From: an uncultured Sulfitobacter sp.
GTDB taxonomy: Bacteria > Pseudomonadota > Alphaproteobacteria > Rhodobacterales > Rhodobacteraceae
Direction of reading: 5' to 3'
Assembly: GCF_947499945.1 (NCBI RefSeq)
Contig: NZ_CANMQD010000003.1
Coordinates: 168,120 to 232,119 of the forward strand
Length of the DNA: 64,000 bases
A model generated the notes under the pieces. It worked only from the letters and a program-made list of their open reading frames with translations, ran no database searches and had not been told where the DNA came from. Shown here in pieces: positions 9,935 to 20,259 of this stretch (position 1 is its first letter; each line of letters begins with the position of its first letter). The translations under genes and the position numbers were made by a program.

Positions 9935-10377
9935 TTGTTTGGGTCCGGTATCGAGAAGGGAGGGATGTTGCCGTAGTCTTCGTGGGTGCGGTTCTGGATA
10001 TCCAGATCAGACACAACGTCGGCCACAATGAGGTAGTTGAGCCCGTCACGCTCATAGAGCATTCCATCGACCTCGACCGTATGCGCAGCCATGCTCAGCG
10101 CCGTATCGCCACCATTTGCACTGCTGTCGCCCGGCAATTTAAGAACCATGTAGACTGTACCATCATCGGCCAGCACGCCAACAGGAATACCCCCAGCGCT
10201 GCACCACAATGCGCAGGTATGATGCGCACTGCCTACGACTGCATCTGGCCCGCCCATGACACCGGAATAATAACACCATGTATCAATGATTTCCCCTTTG
10301 ACCTGCACGCGTGTGCCTTCAGCTGCCAAAGCAGGAAGCGCAAAACATGACAGCAGTAAACTGAGTAAAAGTCGCAT
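9931..10377 (-). CDS. secreted Cys/His-containing protein, unknown function (paralog A)
   Basis: Signal peptide MRLLLSLLLSCFALPALA. Motif IIDTWCYYSG...SAHHTCALWCSAGGIPVGVL. ATGA overlap with the next gene. Confidence 0.7.
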   Translation of the reverse strand: MRLLLSLLLSCFALPALAAEGTRVQVKGEIIDTWCYYSGVMGGPDAVVGSAHHTCALWCSAGGIPVGVLADDGTVYMVLKLPGDSSANGGDTALSMAAHTVEVDGMLYERDGLNYLIVADVVSDLDIQNRTHEDYGNIPPFSIPDPNK

Positions 10378-10538
10378 CTAAGTCTCCTTTTGTATTGTGA
10401 GTGAGCGTATCATCACAGCCTACAGTACACAATTCGCCCCGTCCGCCATCACGTGCTGTGAATAAAACAGACAGGCTTGGGGCCTGCCTATTTCAGTATT
10501 TTGTTCGACAAGGCGCCGTGGCCTTGCGCGAAGATGCT

Positions 10539-11000
10539 TCAACCCTCTTCAGGCGCCTCTTGTGGATGTGTGATCCCAACGCTTTCAAAATGCTCGGAAT
10601 GGCGGGGGAACTTGACCGTTCCATCAACAATGCCGGAGAACACTGTTGGCCAATTGTCTTCAGCGCGGACACGTTTGGCTGTCACATCAGAAAAGAAGTT
10701 ATGCTTGGTGCCATTGGCCCAGAACAGGTGCAGCGAGCCATCAATTACCGCCCAACCATTCACAAAGTCCACATCAGCAGCATAGCCTTTGGAAACCGCG
10801 TTTGCGCACCACCTAATGTACCTTTGCTCATATTTTTCGGGCTTACTTGCGATAAAGTAGGATATGACATCAAAGCCGTCCATCGCCAATCCATCTGAGG
10901 TGGTATTCAATTGCTCTGATGCTTGCGCGCTATTTGCCAACAAACCAATAGCAAGTACAAAAGCAGCAAAAGTCTGTTCCAATTTCGAGATAATATACAT
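10539..11000 (-). CDS. YHS-domain family periplasmic protein
   Basis: Start at MYIISKL (153 aa). Signal peptide followed by DGFDVISYF...YEQRYIRWCANAVSKGY...WAVIDGSLHLF, typical of YHS-domain proteins. Confidence 0.7.
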   Translation of the reverse strand: MYIISKLEQTFAAFVLAIGLLANSAQASEQLNTTSDGLAMDGFDVISYFIASKPEKYEQRYIRWCANAVSKGYAADVDFVNGWAVIDGSLHLFWANGTKHNFFSDVTAKRVRAEDNWPTVFSGIVDGTVKFPRHSEHFESVGITHPQEAPEEG

Positions 11001-11230
11001 GCTTCCATATCCCCTGCGCTTGCAATTGGTATTAAATCCGTCGCGGCGGTGCTTGGTCAAGGCAGACTGACTGCTCCGCGTCTCAGGTCCTAGGCTAGGC
11101 ACGAAAACCTTGATTGAGAAATACAAATTGCGCCCTCTGGCATAGCCAAAAGGTATGGCAACTTGCAAAGTTTAGAAATTCTGCTTGGATATCAGCGAAC
11201 TCAGCCCCACACTTTAGAAGGCTCGTACCA

Positions 11231-12115
11231 ATGCAGCTCTACCAAATACGCTACTTCCTGACGATCTGTGAAACACAGAATGTCACACACGCAGCGCAAA
11301 AATGTAATGTTTCGCAACCCTCTATGAGCCGCGGCATCCGCAAGTTGGAAGAGGAATTGGGCGGTGAGTTATTCTCGAGAGATGCAAGTGGCGTCCGCCT
11401 TACGCCGTTTGGTGAGGAGATGAAGCCATACTTTAGGGACATGCTGGCCTTGGAAGATGAGTTGGTCGAGCGTGCAAAATCCCGTAGGGTTGAGCGGGGT
11501 TCGACCCTGAAGGTCGGGATTATGAATACCTTGGGAACAAGCCTGCTTCAGCCATTTCTGGAGAAGCTGATCAAGGTCTGTGCAAACACCGAGCTGACCT
11601 TCGTCGCTCCAACTGGTGTAGAGCTAATTGAACAGATGGAGAATGGCGCGTTGGACCTTTGCCTTTCTGGCTACTTTCACCTTCCAAAGTCCGCAGAAGC
11701 CCATCATTTATACGACGAAAAATATCTTGTATCGTTTGCAAAAGGGCACCGTTTTGAGGCGATGAAGTCCGTCTCCATCCACGAGTTGGAGGCAGAGCCA
11801 TACGTCCGCCGCCTTGGGTGTGAGTTGCTGACGACACTGTCGGACATCCTTCCGGGTGGGTATCATCCCGCCGTTGATGTTCGGTTCGCAAGCAGACATG
11901 AAAACATGGTGCAAACGATGATTTTGGCAGGTGTCGGATGTTCTATTCACCCCGAAACCATGCCCATCAGCGATGGCATATTTCAAAGACCCCTCACCGA
12001 AGACGCGCTGCACCGCACGGTCCATCTTCTGGTGAACCGCAAAAGCCCCAGCCAAGCATTGATAAGGCGCATCGTGCATATGGCACAAACGCATGAAGGG
12101 TTTCAGTTAAGGTGA
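11231..12115 (+). CDS. LysR-family transcriptional regulator
   Basis: MQLYQIRYFLTICETQNVTHAAQKCNVSQPSMSRGIRKLEEELGGELF HTH followed by a LysR substrate-binding domain. Divergent from the YHS/SCO cluster. Confidence 0.9.
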   Translation: MQLYQIRYFLTICETQNVTHAAQKCNVSQPSMSRGIRKLEEELGGELFSRDASGVRLTPFGEEMKPYFRDMLALEDELVERAKSRRVERGSTLKVGIMNTLGTSLLQPFLEKLIKVCANTELTFVAPTGVELIEQMENGALDLCLSGYFHLPKSAEAHHLYDEKYLVSFAKGHRFEAMKSVSIHELEAEPYVRRLGCELLTTLSDILPGGYHPAVDVRFASRHENMVQTMILAGVGCSIHPETMPISDGIFQRPLTEDALHRTVHLLVNRKSPSQALIRRIVHMAQTHEGFQLR

Positions 12116-14256
12116 AGTCGCGGCATCAGTTGAACTGATCCTCCTACTGATCCACCTCTATCCAAGCGAGCCTCGTCCGTTCCTATCGGCATTAGATTTC
12201 TTGCTTGCGTCATGCAGCACGAAAGACTTGGCCCAGTCTCGGTTGCGGCGCTCTGAGTTGCCACGCATCTTAGCCAGTCGCAGATTGCGTTTGTGGCCTT
12301 ATCTATGACGCCAGTAACATTAGCCCAAAGAATTTTGCGTTCACTTGCGGTTCGGTTGGGCGCAGCGCAATTCGACCATGAACGCAACGGCTGGAAATCT
12401 TATCAGTATTGGCGTTGCATGCTCCTCGTCATAAAGTAACATGCCAATACCTACTATTTGTATGGTATCATCAATAGTCCGGTTTGTCCGGCGCAGCAGA
12501 CTATGAAGCATTCTGCCACAGAAGTCCGCAGTGACCCCATTTTACTAGATGCTGGGGTATTTACGTACTGTCTATTCTCGGCAGACGGTTAAAACGTGTC
12601 AAAATCAAACCGAGCTTTGCTCAGGCTTTGTGTCACAAGAGTTTCCGGTGATTTTTATGATCCGTCGGTTACTTTCAAAACGACCGTTTGTAGCGGCCTT
12701 TTTAACATCGCGTATAAGTGCCAGACTGCATTTGCGCAGATAAGTCTTCGCAGCCGTATCATCGATAGTTTTGTTTCGGAGACCACCTCCGCAGGTCTAG
12801 AATTGTATGTGAAAAATCCGAGAACGCCCTTTAAAGTGTCGCAGTATCATCCCCCCAGAACTGACTGGAAGGGTGCGGTGCCGTGCCAGTCCCTAAAGGA
12901 AGGAGAGATGGTCTTAGCAACCCATAATTCATTCTGATTGCAACCATCTTGATAGTGCTGCTTTAGTAATATTGAAGCATAAAACACTAGAGATAGGCGT
13001 AATATCACCTCTCGTATGAAGGCTACTTTGGCAAAATTTTATCGGAACGATGATGACTGTGGTTCGAAAACCACTGGCTTGGCGATGAGCAAGTTTAGAT
13101 CAATAAGGCCAAAATTGCGATGTCAGCCGAGGAAATAGAGCTAGAGAGAGAAGCTTGAAACCGAGAGCCGACGACTTGACCTCGCTGAAGAGGTTGAAAA
13201 GAGAGAAATAACTCATAGAGAAAAACAGCATAAAGAGCGGCCCATTTCCCGGAGCACAGGCAACAATCGCTGGTGCAATCCTCGCTCTTCTAAGCGGCTG
13301 GATAGGTGCAACCATAGCCAGTTCATCAGGCGAAAAGATATCTTCGGCCAATGTCGCGAATATCTTGGAAAATGAAAGAACCAAGGTTCGAGGCAACCTT
13401 AACTTAGAGTTGTCAAAGCAGTCTACCGCCAAAACTTGGCAAGGTTGAAGTTCGAAACGTCGTTGATTTTAGGTGCTATCGAAGAGAGCAACAGAGAAGA
13501 AACGATCAGGAATTTACGATTTTTCCCTGCTACGGTAACCGTATTGGCCCGCAAACGCCGAGCTTTGCTCAATACTCGGATTATGTCGGACTTCAAAATC
13601 TGTCCCTAGTATCTAGGGCGGCGGACGACAGTATAGCCCCTTGTAAGGCTCGACACCGATGCAAAGTTCGCAACCTCAATCGACTGGTCGCTTTTCCGAG
13701 AACCCGTTTTAGGTGAGCCAATTTCTATGGCCACCTGCCTCCCTAGTACAAATAGACGCAGCCTCCGTACTTGCACTGTTATTGAACTGGCACCCGATGC
13801 GCATTCATTCAGCCATAATTGCAAAACTCGAGTAGCCTCGGCCGGTTCACTAATGATTTCTGCAATCGATGATGCCCGTCTTGGCATCCAAAATGGTGTT
13901 GCGTTTAACCGCGCCACTGGAAATGCAAGCATAGCTTTTGCTGCACGGCTAAAAAGTATCTCGACAGAAATCTCTAGCATCATCGACGTCGGCGCAAACT
14001 AAGAAAATAAGAAAGTATCTTTAGGAATCATACGTTTATACCCACGTAGATAAGCTCCTTTTTGAACTCGAAAGATATTTTTCTACTGCGCGGCACATTG
14101 CACTTATCCGTATATTTTTTTGCTCATACCACAGATATGACAGTGCGGCTCTCACTGGGTAGCGTGTGACGTTACGTTTTGTTCAGTCAAAACTAAACAA
14201 ACTTGACGAGACGTGGTCTTGGAGCATAAACGGCCTGAGAGCAGCAGGAGCAGCAC
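12116..14256. other. AT-rich, ORF-poor segment with fragmented reading frames (probable decayed foreign DNA)
   Basis: Hand-counted GC is 38-43% on sampled 60-nt lines, versus 52-70% in flanking genes. Only short, mutually overlapping ORFs are present. Protein-like text is split across three frames at 13120-13610. Confidence 0.6.
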
Positions 14257-14775
14257 ATGTCCAACGACATCACCTATGACGCCGTTCGCACAGATTTCAT
14301 TGAAAAGACCGGGCTGATCACTCAGGCTGAAGGATTACCTCGCATTGCAGGACGTGTGTTTGGAATGCTGATCTTTGATGGCGAAGTGGTTTCCTTTGGT
14401 GATCTTGCTACCAAACTTCAGGTCAGCCGTGCCAGTATCAGCACGAGTATTCGTATTCTTGAGGAACGCGGGTTGGTGAAGCGAGTAACAAAACCTGGTG
14501 AACGACAGGATTTCTTTCAACTCGCCCCAAATCCATACGCCACGATGTTGGAACGTATTCATAAACGAAACCGTTCAATCCAAGCCGACATCGCAGAGAC
14601 GATCCGAAGTCTGCCCGCAAATTCGGAAGCCCTTGGTCGACTTAATGCACATGCCAACTTTTACGCCTCTTTGGACGCAGCAGTCGCAGTGGCCTTGTCC
14701 GAACTTGACACATCCAGGAACACCTCAGCGATGCTGCAGCCCACCGCCCCGAAGGATTACGCAGATGACGCATGA
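14257..14775 (+). CDS. GbsR/MarR-family transcriptional regulator
   Basis: Winged-HTH text (GLPRIAGRVFGMLIFDGEVVSFGDLATKLQVSRASISTSIRILEERGLVKRV). Its stop overlaps the start of the efflux adaptor gene. Confidence 0.8.
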   Translation: MSNDITYDAVRTDFIEKTGLITQAEGLPRIAGRVFGMLIFDGEVVSFGDLATKLQVSRASISTSIRILEERGLVKRVTKPGERQDFFQLAPNPYATMLERIHKRNRSIQADIAETIRSLPANSEALGRLNAHANFYASLDAAVAVALSELDTSRNTSAMLQPTAPKDYADDA

Positions 14776-15994
14776 AGCAGCCAAGCAAGATGACACAAAA
14801 GACCCTAAGGTAGATGAGGCCAGAACACCTACACCTGAGCCGAAACCGGACGTGATAGATGCTACGCCAGCGAATGCACCTTCAACAGCAGATGCCGGAC
14901 GCCAAACACTGACATTCACCTCAGATGATGGCGCATCTCGCTCTACTTGGTTCGCGGCGTTTTTGGTGCTGATCCTTGTCGGTTGGATGGGCAGCGGATT
15001 TATCATCCCGTCACAAGACACCGATCCTATCGTGGCACGCGAAGAGCCGAAGCCAGTTGCGGTCGCTGTTACGACATCCATGGCCCAGATCGTCACCCAG
15101 TTCTATCAGGCAGAGGGACAAGCCCTCCCTGATCGCGACACGATGTTGCGGGCCGAGACCTCTGGTGACATTGCCGAGGTTTTGGTTGCCAAAGGTCAGG
15201 ACGTGTCGGCCGGCGATATCATTGCCCGCTTCAATCCCGCATCAAATCAAGCGGATGCAAATCGCGCTGCCGAAGAGTTGTCTCGGGCGCAGCGTGAATT
15301 CGACAACGCCGAACAGCTTCTGCAGCGAGGGGTTGCTACAGCTGACCGTGTGGCGCAAGCACGGGCTACGCTAGCCTCTGCACAAGCACAAGTTACTGCG
15401 GCAGAGCAAGCTGCCAATGCTCTCACAATCGCCGCCCCCTTTGCGGGACGGGTCGAGACGCTGAACCTTGATGAAGGCGAATTCGTCGCTTTGGGAACCG
15501 AAGTAGGTCGTCTCGTTGACATCACGCCGCTGACAGTTGCCATTCAGGTGCCCCAGCAGTCCCTCACACGGCTGTCCGTAGGACAGTCCGCAACGGTGCG
15601 CTTTATCACAGGAGAAGAGCGGAACGGTGTGGTCACATTTGTGGGCACATCTGCCGCATCCGAGACCCGCACATTTTTGGCCGAGATCGAAGTTGAGAAT
15701 GCTGATGGTGCGATCCCCGCAGGTATCTCTGCCGAAGTGATCATTCCGACGGGCGAGACAATGGCACATTTTTTGTCGCCATCCATCGTATCGCTGAACA
15801 CCGAAGGAGCCTTGGGCGTGAAAACAGTCGACGGCGACAATGTGGTCAAGTTTTTTCCGATTGAGGTTGTCAAAGCGCAGATTGACGGCATTTGGGTGAC
15901 GGGGTTACCCGAAAGTGTGGACGTAATCACCGTAGGGCAGGGATTTGTAAATGAGGCCGAGACTGTCGCCCCAAGTGCCGGGGAGACAAACTGA
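14765..15994 (+). CDS. efflux RND transporter periplasmic adaptor (MFP) subunit
   Basis: Start chosen at ATG 14765 (MTHEAAK...). TM helix, a coiled-coil hairpin (ANRAAEELSRAQREFDNAEQLLQRGVATADRVAQARATLASAQAQVTAAE), then beta-barrel domain text (APFAGRVETLNLDEGEFV). Confidence 0.85.
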   Translation: MTHEAAKQDDTKDPKVDEARTPTPEPKPDVIDATPANAPSTADAGRQTLTFTSDDGASRSTWFAAFLVLILVGWMGSGFIIPSQDTDPIVAREEPKPVAVAVTTSMAQIVTQFYQAEGQALPDRDTMLRAETSGDIAEVLVAKGQDVSAGDIIARFNPASNQADANRAAEELSRAQREFDNAEQLLQRGVATADRVAQARATLASAQAQVTAAEQAANALTIAAPFAGRVETLNLDEGEFVALGTEVGRLVDITPLTVAIQVPQQSLTRLSVGQSATVRFITGEERNGVVTFVGTSAASETRTFLAEIEVENADGAIPAGISAEVIIPTGETMAHFLSPSIVSLNTEGALGVKTVDGDNVVKFFPIEVVKAQIDGIWVTGLPESVDVITVGQGFVNEAETVAPSAGETN

Positions 15995-18900
15995 TGAACA
16001 GTATCATTGATTTCGCCTTTTCCCGTTCAAGGGTGGTGGTCATGGCGCTGATTATGATCCTGTCGGTTGGGGCTTACGCCTATATCTCGATCCCCAAAGA
16101 GGCCAATCCAGAGGTGCCGCTACCTCTTTTTTACGTTTCTAGCGGTCTTGATGGGATCAGCCCTGCAGATGCAGAGCGGTTGCTGCTGGAACCGATGGAA
16201 ACGGAATTTGCGTCTATTTCGGGTTTGAAATCCATGAACTCAGACGCAACCGAGGGCTTTGCATCCATTCAATTGGAGTTTGAGGCGGGTGGTGACAACC
16301 AAGAAGCCTTAGACAAAGTGCGCGAAGCGTCGGATCGCGCACAAGGGGAACTGCCCGATGATGCCTATGACATTACGATCACAGAAATTAACACAGCCCT
16401 TTTCCCGATCATCACAGCGATCCTGTCGGGCCCTGTCCCTGAACGGACCCTCAACAGTCTTGCCGAGCAAATGCAGGAAGAGATCGAAGGCCTGAGCGGT
16501 GTTCTTGAGGTAGACATCGGCGGCCAGCGGTTCGAATTTCTGGAAGTTCTGATCGATCCCACAGTGTTCCAGACCTACAACTTGTCGTTCGATGAACTCA
16601 TTGGACAAATCCAGCGCAACAATCGGCTGATCGCGGCGGGTGCGATTGAAACGGGGTCAGGGCGTATCGTGCTCAAAGTTCCTGGCCTTATCGAAGATCT
16701 TGAAGATGTGATGGCTATGCCCGTGAAGGTGCGCGGCAATGCGGTCGTTACTTTTGGCGATGTGGCTACGATCAGGCGCACGTTCGAAGATCCGGACTCC
16801 TTCGCCCGTATCAATGGCCAGCCAGCCCTGGCCTTGGAAATCACAAAGCGTTCCGGTGCGAACATAATCGACACAGTGGACGAGGTGAAAGCAGTAGTCG
16901 AAGCTCTGCGTGTCGACTGGCCCGATAGCGTTAAGATTACCTATCTGCAAGATCAGTCCAAACAGGTCAAAGACATGCTGAGCGATCTGGAAGCCAACGT
17001 CATCGCCGCCGTGATCCTTGTAATGATTGTGATTGTTTTTGCCCTTGGGACGCGGTCGGCAATACTTGTCGGGCTATCGATCCCCGGCGCGTTTCTTGCA
17101 GGTGTCGTTGCATTGTGGGCGATGGGCTTTTCGATGAATATCATCGTGCTCTTTGCTCTCATTCTGGTGGTCGGAATGCTGGTCGACGGGGCCATCGTGA
17201 CCACCGAACTTGCCGATAGAAAATTGCAGGAGGGCGTCGAGCCAAGAGAGGCCTATTCCTTTGCCGCCAAACGCATGGCATGGCCTATTATCGCGTCCAC
17301 GGCGACAACTCTTTCGGTGTTCTTCCCGCTGCTATTCTGGACGGGCATGGTTGGCGAGTTCATGAAATATCTCCCCATCACCGTGATCCTCACCTTGTCG
17401 GCTTCGCTGTTTATGGCGTTGGTATTTATTCCCGTAATGGGCGGATTGATTGGCAAACGTCCTCCGCAGTCAGCTAAGGCGAAGGCGGCGCTCCATGCTG
17501 CAGAAATTGGTGACCCACGAGAAATGAGCGGCTTCACAGGCAGGTATGTGCGATTGTTGGAAAAAGCCATTACGCGTCCAGCTGCAACCCTTTTGCTGGC
17601 AGTTGCGCTGTTGCTGGGTGGCTTTGGTGCTTATGGGCAGTTCGGGAAAGGCGTCAGCTTTTTCCCATCGATTGAACCTGATTTCATGCAGGTGCAGGTT
17701 CGCGCCCGTGATAACTTCTCCATCTTTGAACGTGACGCATTGGTGCGGGCCGTTGAAAAACGCATTCTGGCCTACGAAGAGATTGCCAGCATTTACGCAC
17801 GATCTGTCATGTCGGCAGGTCAAGGCGATGAGGAAACCATCGGCACGCTCCAGTTGGAGTTAATGCCATGGGATACCCGCCGCACGGCAGCAGAGATTGG
17901 CGTCGATATCCGTAAAAGCGTGTCCGACATCGCAGGCATTGACGTGCAGGTGCAAACCGAAAGTGGTGGCCCTACGACTGGCAAGCCTGTGAACCTCCAG
18001 ATAACAGCCCGCAATCCTGATTTGCAGAACAAAGCTGTTCAACAAATCCGCAACATCATGGATGGCTTGGGTGGCTTTACGGATGTGACAGATACACGTC
18101 CTGTTCCCGGCGTCGAAGTATCAATTCTTGTAAACCGGGCAGAGGCTGCTCGTTTTGGTGCTGACGTGAGCTTGCTTGGCCAGGCGGTGCAACTGCTGAC
18201 CCAAGGTATCACCGTGGCTGACTATCGCCCTGACGATGTGGATGGATCACTCGACATCCGTGTGCGGTTCCCACGTGAAGAACGGACACTGGCAGAACTT
18301 GGCAGCCTACGGGTGCCAACCTCGTCTGGTCTGGTCCCGATCTCAAACTTTGTGACGTTTGAACCATCAGATCGCACCGGCGTCATCCGCCGCATTGACG
18401 AAAAACGTGTGGCAACGATCGAAGCTAACGTCGCACCAGGTGTGCTGGTCAACGATCAAGTAATTGCCCTCACAGCGGCCTTGGAGAAAGCTGACCTTCC
18501 TGAAGGCGTTGCGTTCAGCTTTGCAGGTGAGGCCGAAGATCAGGCCGAAAGCATGATCTTTCTTGTCGGTGCATTCATCACCGCGATCTTCCTGATGTTT
18601 GTGATCTTGGTTCTTCAGTTTAACAACTTCTATCAGGCCTTCGTTGTTATGTCGGCCATCATATTTTCCATCGCAGGGGTCCTGCTGGGTTTGATTGTCA
18701 CGGGCCGTCCCTTTGGGATCGTCATGGGTGGCATTGGTGTCATCGCCTTGGCGGGGATTGTGGTGAACAATAATATCGTGTTGATCGACACCTACAATGA
18801 TCTGCAACGATCAGGCCAATCTCCACGGGAAGCAGCCCTGCGCACAGGTGCGCAACGTCTGCGTCCCGTGATCTTGACGTCCGTTACAACGGCTTTGGGC

Positions 18901-19122
18901 CTCATGCCGATGGTGATCGGGGTAAACCTGAACTTCTTCACCCGTGAGATCGTCTATGGCGCACCTTCAACCCAGTGGTGGACAGAACTGTCGTCGGCTA
19001 TCGCAGGTGGTCTGGTCATTGCGACAATTCTGACGCTGGTAGTAACACCTGCGATGCTGATGCTGGGCGAAAAGCGAAAGTCACGTGGAGTTTCAAAACC
19101 TTCACTGGCAGCGGCGGAGTAA
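15994..19122 (+). CDS. efflux RND transporter permease (AcrB/AcrD/AcrF family)
   Basis: 1042-aa, 12-TM protein with two large periplasmic loops. ATGA overlap with the adaptor gene. Confidence 0.95.
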   Translation: MNSIIDFAFSRSRVVVMALIMILSVGAYAYISIPKEANPEVPLPLFYVSSGLDGISPADAERLLLEPMETEFASISGLKSMNSDATEGFASIQLEFEAGGDNQEALDKVREASDRAQGELPDDAYDITITEINTALFPIITAILSGPVPERTLNSLAEQMQEEIEGLSGVLEVDIGGQRFEFLEVLIDPTVFQTYNLSFDELIGQIQRNNRLIAAGAIETGSGRIVLKVPGLIEDLEDVMAMPVKVRGNAVVTFGDVATIRRTFEDPDSFARINGQPALALEITKRSGANIIDTVDEVKAVVEALRVDWPDSVKITYLQDQSKQVKDMLSDLEANVIAAVILVMIVIVFALGTRSAILVGLSIPGAFLAGVVALWAMGFSMNIIVLFALILVVGMLVDGAIVTTELADRKLQEGVEPREAYSFAAKRMAWPIIASTATTLSVFFPLLFWTGMVGEFMKYLPITVILTLSASLFMALVFIPVMGGLIGKRPPQSAKAKAALHAAEIGDPREMSGFTGRYVRLLEKAITRPAATLLLAVALLLGGFGAYGQFGKGVSFFPSIEPDFMQVQVRARDNFSIFERDALVRAVEKRILAYEEIASIYARSVMSAGQGDEETIGTLQLELMPWDTRRTAAEIGVDIRKSVSDIAGIDVQVQTESGGPTTGKPVNLQITARNPDLQNKAVQQIRNIMDGLGGFTDVTDTRPVPGVEVSILVNRAEAARFGADVSLLGQAVQLLTQGITVADYRPDDVDGSLDIRVRFPREERTLAELGSLRVPTSSGLVPISNFVTFEPSDRTGVIRRIDEKRVATIEANVAPGVLVNDQVIALTAALEKADLPEGVAFSFAGEAEDQAESMIFLVGAFITAIFLMFVILVLQFNNFYQAFVVMSAIIFSIAGVLLGLIVTGRPFGIVMGGIGVIALAGIVVNNNIVLIDTYNDLQRSGQSPREAALRTGAQRLRPVILTSVTTALGLMPMVIGVNLNFFTREIVYGAPSTQWWTELSSAIAGGLVIATILTLVVTPAMLMLGEKRKSRGVSKPSLAAAE

Positions 19123-19155
19123 GAAACGATCATTCAGGTTTCATTCGAAAGGTAA

Positions 19156-19186
19156 AAACTTTTGCGGGGCCCGCAAAACGAAAAAA
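19156..19186. terminator. hairpin after the RND operon
   Basis: TTTTGCGGggcCCGCAAAA stem-loop flanked by A/T runs. Confidence 0.4.
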
Positions 19187-19332
19187 GAACACCTACAGAA
19201 ATCTATTCCAAAAGCCGTCATAGTTTTTCGGCGGTTCGGTGCCAGCTTCGTGCGCATAGCAGACTACGATGCCCTAAAGCCGCTGAAATGACTCTCGCGT
19301 GACGTCAACAATCTTTTATAAAGGCTCCTCCT

Positions 19333-20259
19333 ATGGCCAACAAACCAAAGCTGCATCCCCGCAATCAACACATATGTGGGTACGACTTTGTGCGCTTAGT
19401 GGCACAGACACCTGAACTTGAGACGTTCACAATCCGTAACCCGCGCGGGATCACGACGATAGACTTTCAAAATTCGAGTGCTGTCCGTATGCTTAATCGG
19501 GCGCTCCTAAAGACGCATTACAACATTGATTTTTGGGATATCCCAACCGGCTATCTATGCCCACCAATTCCTGGCCGTGTAGACTACATCCACTATCTCG
19601 CTGATTTGCTTGCTTCCGATAACAACACTGAAATTCCACGTGGTTCGACCATAAAAGCATTGGATATCGGCACCGGAGCGAGCTTAATCTATCCCCTAGT
19701 CGGTCAAAGCGAATACGGCTGGCACTTCACTGGTGTCGATATAGACCCTGCCGCAATTCAGTCGGCACAGCAGATCTGCGAAACCAACAAGCTGAAGATT
19801 ACCCTCAGACACCAAGAGAAACGTGAGAATATCTTTAGAGGTGTGATCACCCCCGATGACATGTTTCACGTTACTCTGTGCAACCCGCCGTTCCATGCCT
19901 CCATGGAAAAAGCAACAAAAGGCACCCAGCGCAAGTGGGGTAATCTTGGCAAGGGACAGTCAAAAAACCTCAATTTTGGTGGTCAAAACGCTGAGCTTTG
20001 GTGTCCCGGTGGCGAAATAAAATTTATCGCGACAATGGTTGAACAAAGCATGGAATTCGCTGGCCAGTGTCTGTGGTTTACCTCCTTAGTGTCGAAAAAA
20101 GACAACCTCCAACCACTCGCCCGAATTCTGAGAAAAGCCAAAGTTGCCGAAAGTAAGGTCGTTGAAATGGCGCAGGGGCAAAAAACCAGTCGTTTCGTCG
20201 CGTGGACCTACGTGAAGCAACATGAGCGCTCATTGATTGTAAACGGAGCCATGCCATAG
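19333..20259 (+). CDS. rlmF: 23S rRNA (adenine1618-N6)-methyltransferase RlmF-like
   Basis: LHPRNQH..YDF, LCPPIPGRVDYIHYLADLL, SAM motif DIGTGASLIYPL and catalytic NPPF (TLCNPPFHAS). Sampled GC of about 47-52% is lower than the neighbours. Confidence 0.85.
   Translation: MANKPKLHPRNQHICGYDFVRLVAQTPELETFTIRNPRGITTIDFQNSSAVRMLNRALLKTHYNIDFWDIPTGYLCPPIPGRVDYIHYLADLLASDNNTEIPRGSTIKALDIGTGASLIYPLVGQSEYGWHFTGVDIDPAAIQSAQQICETNKLKITLRHQEKRENIFRGVITPDDMFHVTLCNPPFHASMEKATKGTQRKWGNLGKGQSKNLNFGGQNAELWCPGGEIKFIATMVEQSMEFAGQCLWFTSLVSKKDNLQPLARILRKAKVAESKVVEMAQGQKTSRFVAWTYVKQHERSLIVNGAMP

Noticed and set aside
12610-13571. 14-nt direct repeat CCGAGCTTTGCTCA at 12610-12623 and 13558-13571, considered as possible att or terminal repeats of the AT-rich island
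   Set aside because: My back-of-envelope estimate gives on the order of ten chance 14-mer matches in 64 kb counting both strands. No extended similarity flanks the repeat.
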